Source of the DNA: an uncultured Pirellulales bacterium
GTDB lineage: Bacteria; Planctomycetota; Phycisphaerae; Sedimentisphaerales; SM23-30
Reading direction: 5' to 3'
DNA: 64,000 nt
Assembly (NCBI GenBank): GCA_964580995.1
Contig: CAZOMV010000002.1
Span: 38,904-102,903, forward strand
The notes under the pieces are model-generated. The model made no database searches, had not been told where the DNA came from, and saw only the letters and a list, made by a program, of their open reading frames with translations. Below are positions 24,288-33,951 of this stretch, in pieces (position 1 is the stretch's first letter; the number at the start of each line of letters is the position of its first letter). The translations under genes and the position numbers were made by a program.

Positions 24288-26885
24288 TTAATCAGGGACT
24301 TTGACTTTCTGGGGATCGGAAGCGGTCTCTTCGTCCCAGCGGATCAGGCCGGTATCGTATTTGTCCACCAGATCCGGATGGTGGGGAATGATGCGAACGG
24401 CAAAGCCGCATTGGCCGCTATAGTGGCAGGGGATGTAGCCGCGGAAGATGTGGTATTCGCCGTTGGCCGAGCCGATGCTCTCCATCGGGACCGCTTCGCC
24501 GCGCTGGATATTGCCATCGGAATCCACCAGCCCGTAATATAACTCCACCAGCACTTCGCTGGGATCGATACTGCCGAGTTTGACCTGGCTTCGCACCTGC
24601 AATTTTCCGCCGACGCTGAGTTCGCCCTGGCTGACAAATTCGACTTTGCCGGTCGTCACTTCGGACCAGCGGTCGCGTATGCTTTCCTTCCAGTCGGCCA
24701 GGGATTTGATCCGGTCGAGAGATTCGACGACAAAGTCATGCCAGCGCTGGCTGCTGGGCAGATAGAAACCCTGGGCATATTCGGCCACCATGCGGGCGGT
24801 AGAAAATTGGGCAATGAGATTGCGCATGGAATTTTTCATCAAGTCGGTCCAGTGCCGGGGCAGCCGGTCCGAGGTGCGGTCATAGAATCGGGGAATGACT
24901 TCTTTTTCGAGCAAATTATAAAGGGCGTGCGATTCGACTTCATCTTCATACACTTTATCCTGGTAGCTTTCGCCCTGCCCGATGGCCCAGCCGGTGCCGG
25001 GCGCATATCCTTCGCACCACCAGCCGTCGAGAATGCTCAGATTGAGTCCGCCGTTGGCCAGTACTTTCATGCCGCTGGTGCCGGAGGCTTCCATCCCGCG
25101 GCGGGGCGTATTCAGCCACACATCGACACCCTGTACGAGGTAGCGGGCCACATTGATATCATAGTTTTCCAGGAACACCACGCGCCGGCGGAAAGGTTCT
25201 TCGCCGACATAATGCACGATTTTCCGGATAAATTCTTTTCCTTCGGTGTCTTTGGGATGGGCCTTGCCCGCGAAAATGAGCTGGACGGGACGATCTTTGT
25301 TGGAAATGATTTTTTTGAATCGTTCCATATCATGGAACAGCAGGGTTCCTCTTTTGTAGGTGGCAAAGCGCCGGGCGAATCCGATGGTCAAGGCCTCGGG
25401 ATCGAGGACTTCTTCGGAAATCGCGATTTCGGCGGGACTGGCGCCGCGCCGAACCAACTGGGCTTTCAAGCTTTTCCGGGCAAAGGCGACCAGCCGTTCG
25501 CGTCTTCGTTCGTGTGTGCGCCACAATTCCTCATCCGGGATCTGATCGATCTGGCTAAAGATGGCGTTGTTACTGGGCTGATCGGCCCAGCCGGTTCCCA
25601 GATACCGATCGAACAGTTCGTTCATTTCCCGGGAGATCCAACTGCGCACATGAATGCCGTTGGTAATAGAGGTAATCGGCACTTCATCGACCGGAACGCC
25701 GGGCCAGGTATGCTGGCACATCTGACGGGAGACTTCGCCATGCAACTGGCTGACCCCGTTGCGATGGCTGGATATCCGCAGGGCCAGTTCGGTCATGCTA
25801 AAGGATTCATTCGGATCTTGGGGATTGGTGCGGCCCAGCCCCAGGAAATCCTGCCAGCCGATTCCGAAGGATTTGCTATAATCGCTAAAATATCTCTCCA
25901 TCATCACCGGTGAGAAAGAATCGTGTCCGGCGGGCACGGGGGTATGGGTGGTGAATACATTTCCATTGATGGCCGCTTCTTTGGCCTGGGCAAAATTCAG
26001 TTGTTTTTCTTCCATTAACAAGCGAATCCGTTCCAGGGCCAGAAAGGCGGCATGCCCTTCATTCATATGGCAAACATACGGATCGATTCCCAGCGTTTTC
26101 AGGGCACGAAAACCGCCAATTCCGAGCAGGATTTCCTGCCGGAGGCGCATTTCGTTATCCCCGCCGTACAACTGGGCGGTAATCTGCCGGTCTTCAATGC
26201 GATTGCAGCGCATGTTGGTATCCAGCAGATACAGTTCGATCATGCCGACCAGGATCCGCCAGATTTGCACGACGACATCACGACCGCCGACATTGACATG
26301 AAAACGGATCGGTCGTCCATCTTCGCGCAGCATCAGCCGGATGGGCATATTGTAAAAGTCATTTTCCGGATAGGATTCCTGCTGCCAGCCGTCGGCGTTT
26401 AAATACTGTTGAAAATAACCTTGCCGGTAAAGCAGGCCGACGCCGACCAGGGGCAAGCCCAGATCGCTGGCGCTTTTGAGGTGATCGCCGGCGAGGATTC
26501 CCAAGCCGCCGGAATAAATCGGCAGGCATTCGTTCAAGCCGAATTCAGCGCTGAAGTAGGCAATGGTGCCCGGCTGCTGTTTGTAATCGATGGAATCATA
26601 CCAGCGGGGCCGGCGCATATAGGCGTCCAGCTTTTTACTGATACGGTCCAGATGCGATAAGAAACCGGCATCTTGTGCGACCTTGTTGAGCCGTTCCTGG
26701 GAAAGCTGGCCTAGCATTTTGACCGGATTGTGGCCGCATTTTTCCCACAGATCCCGGTCCAGCCGGCGGAACATATCGGTGGCGTCATGGTCCCAGCACC
26801 ACCACATGTTATAGGCGATATCTTTAAGACTCTGCAAACTCTCTGGTAACGAGGGAACGACAACATAGGTTCTCACTGTCCGCAT
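24288..26885 (-). CDS. glgP: Alpha-glucan phosphorylase (GT35, DUF3417-type N-terminus)
   Basis: Motifs are YFSAEFG..PIYSGGLGILAGDH, the NEGHAAF region, and the TSGMK pyridoxal-phosphate lysine region (EASGTSGMKVLANGGLN). Confidence 0.9.
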   Translation of the reverse strand: MRTVRTYVVVPSLPESLQSLKDIAYNMWWCWDHDATDMFRRLDRDLWEKCGHNPVKMLGQLSQERLNKVAQDAGFLSHLDRISKKLDAYMRRPRWYDSIDYKQQPGTIAYFSAEFGLNECLPIYSGGLGILAGDHLKSASDLGLPLVGVGLLYRQGYFQQYLNADGWQQESYPENDFYNMPIRLMLREDGRPIRFHVNVGGRDVVVQIWRILVGMIELYLLDTNMRCNRIEDRQITAQLYGGDNEMRLRQEILLGIGGFRALKTLGIDPYVCHMNEGHAAFLALERIRLLMEEKQLNFAQAKEAAINGNVFTTHTPVPAGHDSFSPVMMERYFSDYSKSFGIGWQDFLGLGRTNPQDPNESFSMTELALRISSHRNGVSQLHGEVSRQMCQHTWPGVPVDEVPITSITNGIHVRSWISREMNELFDRYLGTGWADQPSNNAIFSQIDQIPDEELWRTHERRRERLVAFARKSLKAQLVRRGASPAEIAISEEVLDPEALTIGFARRFATYKRGTLLFHDMERFKKIISNKDRPVQLIFAGKAHPKDTEGKEFIRKIVHYVGEEPFRRRVVFLENYDINVARYLVQGVDVWLNTPRRGMEASGTSGMKVLANGGLNLSILDGWWCEGYAPGTGWAIGQGESYQDKVYEDEVESHALYNLLEKEVIPRFYDRTSDRLPRHWTDLMKNSMRNLIAQFSTARMVAEYAQGFYLPSSQRWHDFVVESLDRIKSLADWKESIRDRWSEVTTGKVEFVSQGELSVGGKLQVRSQVKLGSIDPSEVLVELYYGLVDSDGNIQRGEAVPMESIGSANGEYHIFRGYIPCHYSGQCGFAVRIIPHHPDLVDKYDTGLIRWDEETASDPQKVKVPD

Positions 26886-27286
26886 AACATTAGCCTCTAC
26901 AAATAATTACGGTTATTATTGCCTTGGTTTTTAACCAAAATAACAACTCCAGACGTACATAACACTCTGTTTCTTCGGCATTTTAAGAGTGTCAATCCAG
27001 AACAAATACCTGGTGTTCACCTGATAATTGCTATTTTGCCAATTTCAAATAGTAAAAACGCATCTTATTTTATCGGTCTAAAGGCGGTAAAACAAAAAAG
27101 TCTATTTTATTTTTGGCGGAAATGGTACCGTCAAAAGGAAAATGATTGTAACTATTTAAACGGCAGATATTTACGGTAAGTCCGATAAAAGGGCAACTCA
27201 GGAATGCCAGGGTATAAGGCATTTTTCGGTCAAAAGGCTGCAATAATTTTAGCTCTGGGCCGTTAAAATAGATAGAATAAGACATC

Positions 27287-27865
27287 ATGGGACGAAATTT
27301 GCTGGAACAAAAAATAAAGCACTGCCAAATGGGCAGGCCGGATGCTTTTGCCTGGCTGCTGGAAGAATATGGAGCGCGGCTCTATGGATATTTTTTCCGG
27401 ACCACCGGATCGGCTGGTGTTGCCGATGATTTAGTGCAGGAGTTGTTTGTTCGGCTCCTGGAAAAAATCGGTGAATATCGTCATGACGGCCTTTTTGAAC
27501 ACTGGCTTTTTCGGATTGCCGCCAATTTGATGCGGGATCATTTCCGCCGGCAGAAAAAAGGACCGATGCTCTTTTCGGTTTTGGAAAAGAACAACAAAGA
27601 TTCGTCCTGGCCGGAAGGATTGGCTGGAAAGGAACAGGAAACCGAAAGCCCCCTGGAACGCCAGGAACAGATGGATCAGTTGCAGGATGCCTTGAAACAA
27701 TTATCGGACCTGGATCGTGAGATTATCCTGGCTCGCCATTATGGTCAGCTTAGTTTTGACCAACTGGCCCGGCAATTCCAGATGCCGATCGGGACCGTTT
27801 TGTCCAAGGTCCACCGCGGCTTGAAAATGCTCAGAAGGATATTGACTGAAAATGAAAAAGAATAA
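27287..27865 (+). CDS. ECF-type RNA polymerase sigma-70 factor
   Basis: Region 2 (DLVQELFVRLLEKI) and a region 4 HTH (LSFDQLARQFQMPIGTVLSKVHRGLKMLR) are present. Confidence 0.85.
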   Translation: MGRNLLEQKIKHCQMGRPDAFAWLLEEYGARLYGYFFRTTGSAGVADDLVQELFVRLLEKIGEYRHDGLFEHWLFRIAANLMRDHFRRQKKGPMLFSVLEKNNKDSSWPEGLAGKEQETESPLERQEQMDQLQDALKQLSDLDREIILARHYGQLSFDQLARQFQMPIGTVLSKVHRGLKMLRRILTENEKE

Positions 27866-28388
27866 TCAGGAAGAAATAAAGGATCTATTGCATCAGCTTT
27901 CTATCGGCGAAGAAGAGGCGGCCGAAATGGTGCGTGAGATCGCGGCTGGCGATGAACTGCTGGACCGGTACCGGGATCCTTCTTTGCCGGGTGAGGTGAA
28001 GGACCGAATTTTACAAACCATACGGCAATCCTGTTCTCTCCGGCGGCCAAGAAACCGGGCTATGCGAATGACTGCTCTGGCGGCCAGTGTGCTGCTGGTG
28101 ATGGGTATCGGGCTGGCTCTTTGGCAGGACGGGGCGGCCAATCCATCGGGGAAAGCTGTGGCCGCCAAAGGGGAATGGGAATGGCTGGATCATGAAGATG
28201 TGATTTTCGAGACGGTGTTGGCCGAAGATGAATATGAAGCTGGTTATGACCTGGATGATATCAGTTTGACGGAATGGATGTGGACCCAGGTGTATGATAA
28301 TGAGGGGGAAGGCAGTGTCAGAAAGGAATATCGTTATGAAAATAACGTTCGGAATAGCGGTCGCTCTTTTATCTCTCGTTTGGTATAG
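27852..28388 (+). CDS. Putative anti-sigma factor (single TM)
   Basis: It overlaps the sigma gene stop by 14 nt. It has one TM helix (ALAASVLLVMGIGLALW) and no recognisable catalytic motif. Confidence 0.5.
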   Translation: MKKNNQEEIKDLLHQLSIGEEEAAEMVREIAAGDELLDRYRDPSLPGEVKDRILQTIRQSCSLRRPRNRAMRMTALAASVLLVMGIGLALWQDGAANPSGKAVAAKGEWEWLDHEDVIFETVLAEDEYEAGYDLDDISLTEWMWTQVYDNEGEGSVRKEYRYENNVRNSGRSFISRLV

Positions 28389-29226
28389 CGGTCCGGTCAT
28401 TCTGGCTGTGGAAGAAACGGGCGAGAGCGGGGAGGAATGGGAATCTCTGCTGGATCAGACCGGAGAGGATCCTTTGCCGCCCGGGGAAGGGGAAGCCGCT
28501 CCGCTCAATCCGCGTTCGGAAACCAGGATGGAGAATCCGGAAAAACGTCCGGTTCAGGAAAAGGAACATCCGGCGCCGGCAGAAGGGCGGGGACCGGGTT
28601 TTGGACCGGGCAGGGGAATGGGGCGTCCTTTTTTTGCACAAACGGACCCGGAGGTTTTGCTGGAATTTCTCCGCCAGCATGAGCCGGAACTGGCAGCCAG
28701 GCTGGAAGCGATGAAAGAGGAAAATCCCCGCCAATATCGACACCGCGTCCATATGCTGGGACGGATGTACGGACCGGTCATCGAACAGATGAAACTGGAT
28801 CCGGAAATGGCGGGACTGACCCTCCAGCGAATCAAGCAGCGATTGAAAGTGGAGAATACCCTTAAAATAATTCATACGGAAACAAAATCCGAAAGTTCAA
28901 AACAAATGACGGGCCAACTGAGGAGTCAGGTTGCCGGTTTGTTTGATATCATTCTTCAGCAGGAGCAGTTACGGCTGAGCCAGTGGCAGAGCCAGATTAC
29001 CGAATGGTCGGTTCCCGATGAGTCCGGCGGCAAGGCCGATCCGAATGAGGGGAAAGACAAGGGGCCTGCCCGGGGGATGGCGCAGGAGCGGATGCGAAAA
29101 CTGCAAGAACGCCTGAAGGAACACCAGGTAAGTCTGGAAAACTGGAAGAGCCGCCGCGAACTGATTATTGATGCCCATATGGAAGAGTTGCTGAATAATT
29201 ACCAGCCTTTCCCCTGGGGCAGATGA
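28336..29226 (+). CDS. Secreted helical/coiled-coil hypothetical protein
   Basis: The start is placed at M15 of the ORF, where the signal peptide MKITFGIAVALLSLVWYSG begins. The body is charged and Glu/Arg/Gln-rich. It is the third gene of the ECF module. Confidence 0.55.
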   Translation: MKITFGIAVALLSLVWYSGPVILAVEETGESGEEWESLLDQTGEDPLPPGEGEAAPLNPRSETRMENPEKRPVQEKEHPAPAEGRGPGFGPGRGMGRPFFAQTDPEVLLEFLRQHEPELAARLEAMKEENPRQYRHRVHMLGRMYGPVIEQMKLDPEMAGLTLQRIKQRLKVENTLKIIHTETKSESSKQMTGQLRSQVAGLFDIILQQEQLRLSQWQSQITEWSVPDESGGKADPNEGKDKGPARGMAQERMRKLQERLKEHQVSLENWKSRRELIIDAHMEELLNNYQPFPWGR

Positions 29227-29233
29227 TAGCGGG

Positions 29234-30697
29234 TCAATCTCTTTTGGCCTTCGCGTCGAGCAATTGGCCCACCACCTGCGGATTGGCCTGTCCTTTGGTT
29301 TTCTGCATGACCTGGCCGAGCAGGAAGCCGCGGGCTTTGCCGGCTTTTTTGCCGCCGGATTGAAAGTCCTCAAAGGCTTTGGCATGGGCGGCGATTACTT
29401 CGTTCACCAGAGCTGCCAAAGCGCCGGCGTCGGACTGCTGAATCAGATTATGGTTTTGGGCGATTTCTTGCGGATCCCGGGAATCGGCCAGCATCTTTTC
29501 AAAAATGGCCGCGCCGGCGGAGGCATTGATGATCCCGTTCTCCAGCAAACTCGCCAGCTTCGCGACCTGATCGGGGGTGACTCCCAGATCATTGATGGCG
29601 ATATTCTTTTCATTGGCGATTTTCAGACCGAATTGGGTGATGATATTGGCGATCCGTTTGGGAAAGCCCCCTAAGCGGATGGCGGTGTCAAAATAATCGG
29701 CTGTGGCCCGGTTGCCGGTTAAGACGCTGGCGTCATATTCGTTCAGGCCATATTCTTCGATGAAGCGTTTCTTCATGGCCAGCGGCAGCTCGGGCATTTC
29801 CGACTGGATTCGCGTTAGCCAGGCATCGTCAATCTCCACGGGGACCAGGTCGGGTTCGGGGAAATACCGGTATTCGTGCGCTTCCTCCTTTTCCCGCTGA
29901 AAGACGGTTTCGTTTTTATTGTCGTCCCAGCCGCGGTTCTGCTTGCCGTGGTTTTCCAGCGTGTAGCCGGGGTCATGCTTCCATTCTTCCAACTGCCGCC
30001 ACTGCTCGTACGCCACCGACCGCTCCAGGGCGCGGAAGCTGTTGAGATTTTTCACTTCGCAGATCGGCGTGCGATATTCCTGGCCGTGCTCGCGGATAAT
30101 CAGATTGATATTCGGCTCGAACCGCATATGCCCCATCTGCATGTTCGCCTCCGAGATCCCCAGGAACTGCACGAGTTTCTGCAGTTCGACGGCCAGGATG
30201 CGGCATTCTTCCGGGCTGTTCAGGTCCGGCTGGGTGACGATTTCCAGCAGCGGCGTGCCGGCCCGGTTCAGATCCACCTGCGAATGGTCCAGCCCCTCGT
30301 GCAGATTCTTGCCGGCGTCCTCTTCCAGATGGGCGCGGATAATCCGGATGGTCTTCGTCTGGTCCTCCTCCAGCGGAATGTCCATATACCCGTCAAAACT
30401 CATGGGCAGATCGTACTGGCTGATCTGGTAGTTTTTGGGCAGATCGGGATAGTAATAGCTCTTGCGGTCCCATTTGGTAAAACGGGCAATCTGGCAATTC
30501 AGCGCCAAACCGGCCTTGACGGCGTATTCGTAGGCTGTCTTGTTCATGACCGGCAGCACCCCCGGCATCCCGATGCACACCGGGCAGACATTGCTGTTGG
30601 GCGGATCATTAAACCCCAGCCTGCACCCGCAGAACATCTTCGTCTTCGTCGCCAACTGCACGTGTATCTCTAATCCTACCAGTAATTTGACTTCCAT
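29234..30697 (-). CDS. gatB: Asp-tRNA(Asn)/Glu-tRNA(Gln) amidotransferase subunit B
   Basis: The N-terminus GLEIHVQLATKTKMFCGC, the central region PDLPKNYQISQYD, and the C-terminal YqeY-like tail are all GatB-like. Confidence 0.95.
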   Translation of the reverse strand: MEVKLLVGLEIHVQLATKTKMFCGCRLGFNDPPNSNVCPVCIGMPGVLPVMNKTAYEYAVKAGLALNCQIARFTKWDRKSYYYPDLPKNYQISQYDLPMSFDGYMDIPLEEDQTKTIRIIRAHLEEDAGKNLHEGLDHSQVDLNRAGTPLLEIVTQPDLNSPEECRILAVELQKLVQFLGISEANMQMGHMRFEPNINLIIREHGQEYRTPICEVKNLNSFRALERSVAYEQWRQLEEWKHDPGYTLENHGKQNRGWDDNKNETVFQREKEEAHEYRYFPEPDLVPVEIDDAWLTRIQSEMPELPLAMKKRFIEEYGLNEYDASVLTGNRATADYFDTAIRLGGFPKRIANIITQFGLKIANEKNIAINDLGVTPDQVAKLASLLENGIINASAGAAIFEKMLADSRDPQEIAQNHNLIQQSDAGALAALVNEVIAAHAKAFEDFQSGGKKAGKARGFLLGQVMQKTKGQANPQVVGQLLDAKAKRD

Positions 30698-30988
30698 AAT
30701 ATTACTTCTTTACTTCATGATTTCTATCAGACAATATATACATAATATCATATAAAATAATAACTTACAGCATATCGGGGGCTTTCATGTATCCTTCCAG
30801 TTACATCGTGTTACATAAGATTTTAGGCCCAGAAGGGTGGACTTTGGGCAGTTTTCTTCGTCCTCCCCATCCGGAACTTGTCATCGCAAATTGCGATTTC
30901 AAATTATTATATTCTGGCCGGCTATAATCTTTGGTTTGATTCTGTACCATATTTTTTATTTGAGGTCACAAATTGTGACCCCATATCT

Positions 30989-32461
30989 CTACAATGCAGG
31001 TTGTTTCATGTGATAATCCGTCTTACTCTCAAACATCCGGGCGATCCGCAGCAGTTTATCTTCGGTAAAGGTCGGGCTGAGGATTTGCAGGCCAATCGGC
31101 AAACCATCCCGGTTGAAGCCGCAGGGGATGCTGAGGGCGGGGATGCCGGCGAGGTTCACGGCAATGGTGTAGATATCCGAAAGGTACATCGTCAGCGGAT
31201 CGTTGATCTTCTGCCCGATCTTGAAAGCGACTTCCGGGGCGGTCGGGCACATCAGGCAATCGACCTTTTCAAAGGCGTTGGTAAAATCCTGGCGAATCAG
31301 GTTGCGGACCTTCAGGGCCTTGAGGTAATAGGCGTCATAATAGCCGGCGCTGAGGGCGTAGGTGCCGAGCATGATGCGGCGTTTGACTTCGTCGCCGAAA
31401 CCTTCGGCGCGGGAGGAATTATAGACATCGATATAATCCTTCGGCTGGGCGGTGCGGTGGCCGTAATGCACGCCATCGTAGCGGGCCAGGTTGCTGGATG
31501 CCTCCGCCGTCGCCACCAGATAATAGGCGGCGATGGCGTATTTCATATGGGGCAGGTTCACCTCGATACATTCAGCGCCCAGATCCTGGTACACCTGGAT
31601 CGCGTCGCGGATCGATTTTTCGACCTGGCTGTCCAGGCCTTCCACTTCGAAAAATTCTTTGGCGATACCGATTTTGAGATTTTCCATCGGTTTGTCGATA
31701 TTACTAAGATAGTCGGGGATGGGAGCCATATCCTCGGTAACGCTGGTGCTGTCGCGTTCATCGTGACCGGCGAGGACCTGCAATAGCAGCGCGGCATCGG
31801 TCACATTGGTGGCAAAGGGGCCGATCTGATCGAGACTGCTGCCGTAGGCGACCAGGCCATAGCGGCTGACGCGGCCATAGGTGGGCTTGAGTCCTACGAC
31901 GCCGCAGAAGCTGGCCGGCAGGTGGATCGAGCCGCCGGTATCGCTGCCGAGGGAGGCGTAGCACATGCGTGCGGCTACCGCCGCGGCGGAACCGCCGGAA
32001 CTGCCGCCGGGTACCCGGGTATGGTCCCACGGATTGACGGTTTTTTTCAGGCCGGAGTTTTCGCAGCTCGAACCCATCGCAAACTCATCCATATTGCATT
32101 TGCCGATAATCCCCGCATCCGCCGCCTCCAGCCGGTCAATCACGTGGGCATTGTAGGGAGCACGAAAATTCTCCAGCATCTTCGAGGCACAGGTTGTCGT
32201 GCCAAAGCGAGTGCACATGTTGTCTTTGACCGCGATGGGGACGCCGGCCAGCAGGCCGACGGATCGGCCGGCGGCGATTTTTTCATCGACCTGGCTGGCT
32301 GTGGCCAGGGCGGCTTCCTGGGTAATACTGATAAACGCCCCAATGGAACCGTCCAGCCGCTCCATCCGCCCCAGCGCCGCCCGCGTCGCCACCACGCTGG
32401 TGATTTCCCGCCTTACTATCTTTTCCCGCAGTTCCTTTACCGTTATGTTTTCAGGTATCAT
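30989..32461 (-). CDS. gatA: Asp-tRNA(Asn)/Glu-tRNA(Gln) amidotransferase subunit A
   Basis: It carries the amidase signature GGSSGGSAAAVAA...SLGSDTGGSIHLPASFCG. Confidence 0.95.
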   Translation of the reverse strand: MIPENITVKELREKIVRREITSVVATRAALGRMERLDGSIGAFISITQEAALATASQVDEKIAAGRSVGLLAGVPIAVKDNMCTRFGTTTCASKMLENFRAPYNAHVIDRLEAADAGIIGKCNMDEFAMGSSCENSGLKKTVNPWDHTRVPGGSSGGSAAAVAARMCYASLGSDTGGSIHLPASFCGVVGLKPTYGRVSRYGLVAYGSSLDQIGPFATNVTDAALLLQVLAGHDERDSTSVTEDMAPIPDYLSNIDKPMENLKIGIAKEFFEVEGLDSQVEKSIRDAIQVYQDLGAECIEVNLPHMKYAIAAYYLVATAEASSNLARYDGVHYGHRTAQPKDYIDVYNSSRAEGFGDEVKRRIMLGTYALSAGYYDAYYLKALKVRNLIRQDFTNAFEKVDCLMCPTAPEVAFKIGQKINDPLTMYLSDIYTIAVNLAGIPALSIPCGFNRDGLPIGLQILSPTFTEDKLLRIARMFESKTDYHMKQPAL

Positions 32462-32477
32462 TTTTTATTCCATTTTT

Positions 32478-32547
32478 CTCTGTGTCCCTCTGTGTGCTCT
32501 GTGGTTAAATATATTTTAAACCACAGAGATTACAGAGATTCACAGAG
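32478..32547. repeat. Composite inverted repeat: CTCTGTG x3 facing CACAGAG x3 around an AT-rich centre
   Basis: The sequence is ctctgtgtccctctgtgtgctctgtggtt aaatatatttt aaaccacagagattacagagattcacagag, with 9-10 bp sub-repeats. It lies between the esterase stop codon and the gatA start codon. Confidence 0.6.
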
Positions 32548-32585
32548 TTTATAACACAAATCTTTGTACACCATCTTTTTCCCGC

Positions 32586-33332
32586 CTACTTTTTCTGTTG
32601 CTCCATCAGCCACTCATACAGTTCCGGATTGTTATACGTTTCCGTCCAGGCATCATGCCCCGCCTCCGGATACACCGTGAATTGGACGTTCCCGCCGCAC
32701 GCCTTCAGGGCATTCACCATCTCTTCCGATTTCGCCAGCGGCACCGCCGTATCCTTGGCCCCGTGAAAGGCCCAGACGGGAACATTTTTCAAGTCACACG
32801 CCCGCCAGCTCTGGCCCCCGCCGCAAATGGGAACCACCGCCGCAAACCGGTCCGGATAGGTACTCCCCAGCTCCCACGACCCAAACCCGCCCATACTTAA
32901 GCCCGTCAGATACACCCGCGCGGGGTCCACATCGTAGCTGGCGATTATCTCATCCAGCAGGCCGATCAGCGATTCCGCCTTATTGGTCCACGTCTTCCCC
33001 TCCGGACATTGCGGCGAAACCACAATAAAGGGAAAGGTTTTATCCCGTTCGGCAATCATAGGCGGCCCATGCACTTTCACCTTCTCCAGATTCTCGCCCC
33101 GCTCTCCCGCACCATGCAAGAACAGAATCAGCGGCCACTTCTTCTCTGCCCGGCTATAATCCTCTGGCAGGAACAGCAAATATGGCATCTCCACCGAAAC
33201 CTGCTTCGCAAAAGTCATGGCCTGCTGCCCCGTCTGGATGGCAGGCTTCTGAACCGGTTTCGATACCGTAGTCTCGCAGCCGGCCAAAACCACCGCCAAA
33301 ACCAAACAAATAACAGAAAGTCCTTTTTTCAT
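32586..33332 (-). CDS. Secreted lipoprotein, alpha/beta-hydrolase esterase/peptidase family
   Basis: It has a lipobox (VLAVVLAGC), a nucleophile elbow (GLSMGGFGSW) and a dienelactone-hydrolase/PHB-depolymerase-like layout (FLHGAGERG...FHGAKD). Confidence 0.8.
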   Translation of the reverse strand: MKKGLSVICLVLAVVLAGCETTVSKPVQKPAIQTGQQAMTFAKQVSVEMPYLLFLPEDYSRAEKKWPLILFLHGAGERGENLEKVKVHGPPMIAERDKTFPFIVVSPQCPEGKTWTNKAESLIGLLDEIIASYDVDPARVYLTGLSMGGFGSWELGSTYPDRFAAVVPICGGGQSWRACDLKNVPVWAFHGAKDTAVPLAKSEEMVNALKACGGNVQFTVYPEAGHDAWTETYNNPELYEWLMEQQKK

Positions 33333-33368
33333 ATCTTCGTTTCCTTTGTTATCTTTTGTAAAAAATCT

Positions 33369-33674
33369 TCACGCCCCCGCCTCGCCCAGCACCTTGGGCA
33401 CCGAGAAAAACGCCCCATCCCGCTGCGGGGCATTCTTCAGCGCCTCCTCATTGCTCAGCGATGGCCGGATCACATCCTCCCGCAGCACATTATGCACCGG
33501 CAGGCAATGGGCCAGCGGCTCCACATCCTGCGTGTCCAGCTCATCCAACTGCGCCACATAATCCAGAATGGCGCTAAGCTGGCCGGTGAACAGGGTAATT
33601 TCCTGGTCCGTGCAGTTCAGCCGCGCCAGCTTGGCCACCTGCCGCACCTGTTGTTCTGTCAATCGCTCACTCAT
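33369..33674 (-). CDS. gatC: Asp-tRNA(Asn)/Glu-tRNA(Gln) amidotransferase subunit C
   Basis: The sequence is LTEQQVRQVAKLARLNCTDQEITLFTGQLSAILDYVAQLDELDTQDVEP. The start could be 33674 or 33686. Confidence 0.85.
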   Translation of the reverse strand: MSERLTEQQVRQVAKLARLNCTDQEITLFTGQLSAILDYVAQLDELDTQDVEPLAHCLPVHNVLREDVIRPSLSNEEALKNAPQRDGAFFSVPKVLGEAGA

Positions 33675-33900
33675 CGGCTTCCTCATATTCAGATTTCTAA
33701 CTCGGTCCCTGACCCCAGCAGGACAGGGAATTCAACAGACTATTCAATTAATCCAACATACTATCACAGCCAGAGAGGTTTTTCCAGAAAAGAATAAACT
33801 CCCGACCTTACGGCTCGACCGATTATAAATGCCGATCTGACATGGAATTATATTTGCCCCCTGCCTTTCCCGCCGGTTCCCGATTTCCACTTTATACAAC

Positions 33901-33935
33901 ACGGCCCGACTGGATAGCCAGCCGGGCCGTTTTTA
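33901..33935. terminator. Strong GC hairpin with T5 tract just 3' of the 33952 gene (T-run on the plus strand)
   Basis: The stem is ACGGCCCGaCTGG-atag-CCAGcCGGGCCGT, followed by TTTTT. A homologous hairpin (AACCGGCCGG...CCGGCCGGTT, then TT) lies at about 34906-34936 behind the paralog. Its orientation is not the canonical one for the minus-strand genes. Confidence 0.4.
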
Positions 33936-33951
33936 CCTGATAAAAGCTGGT

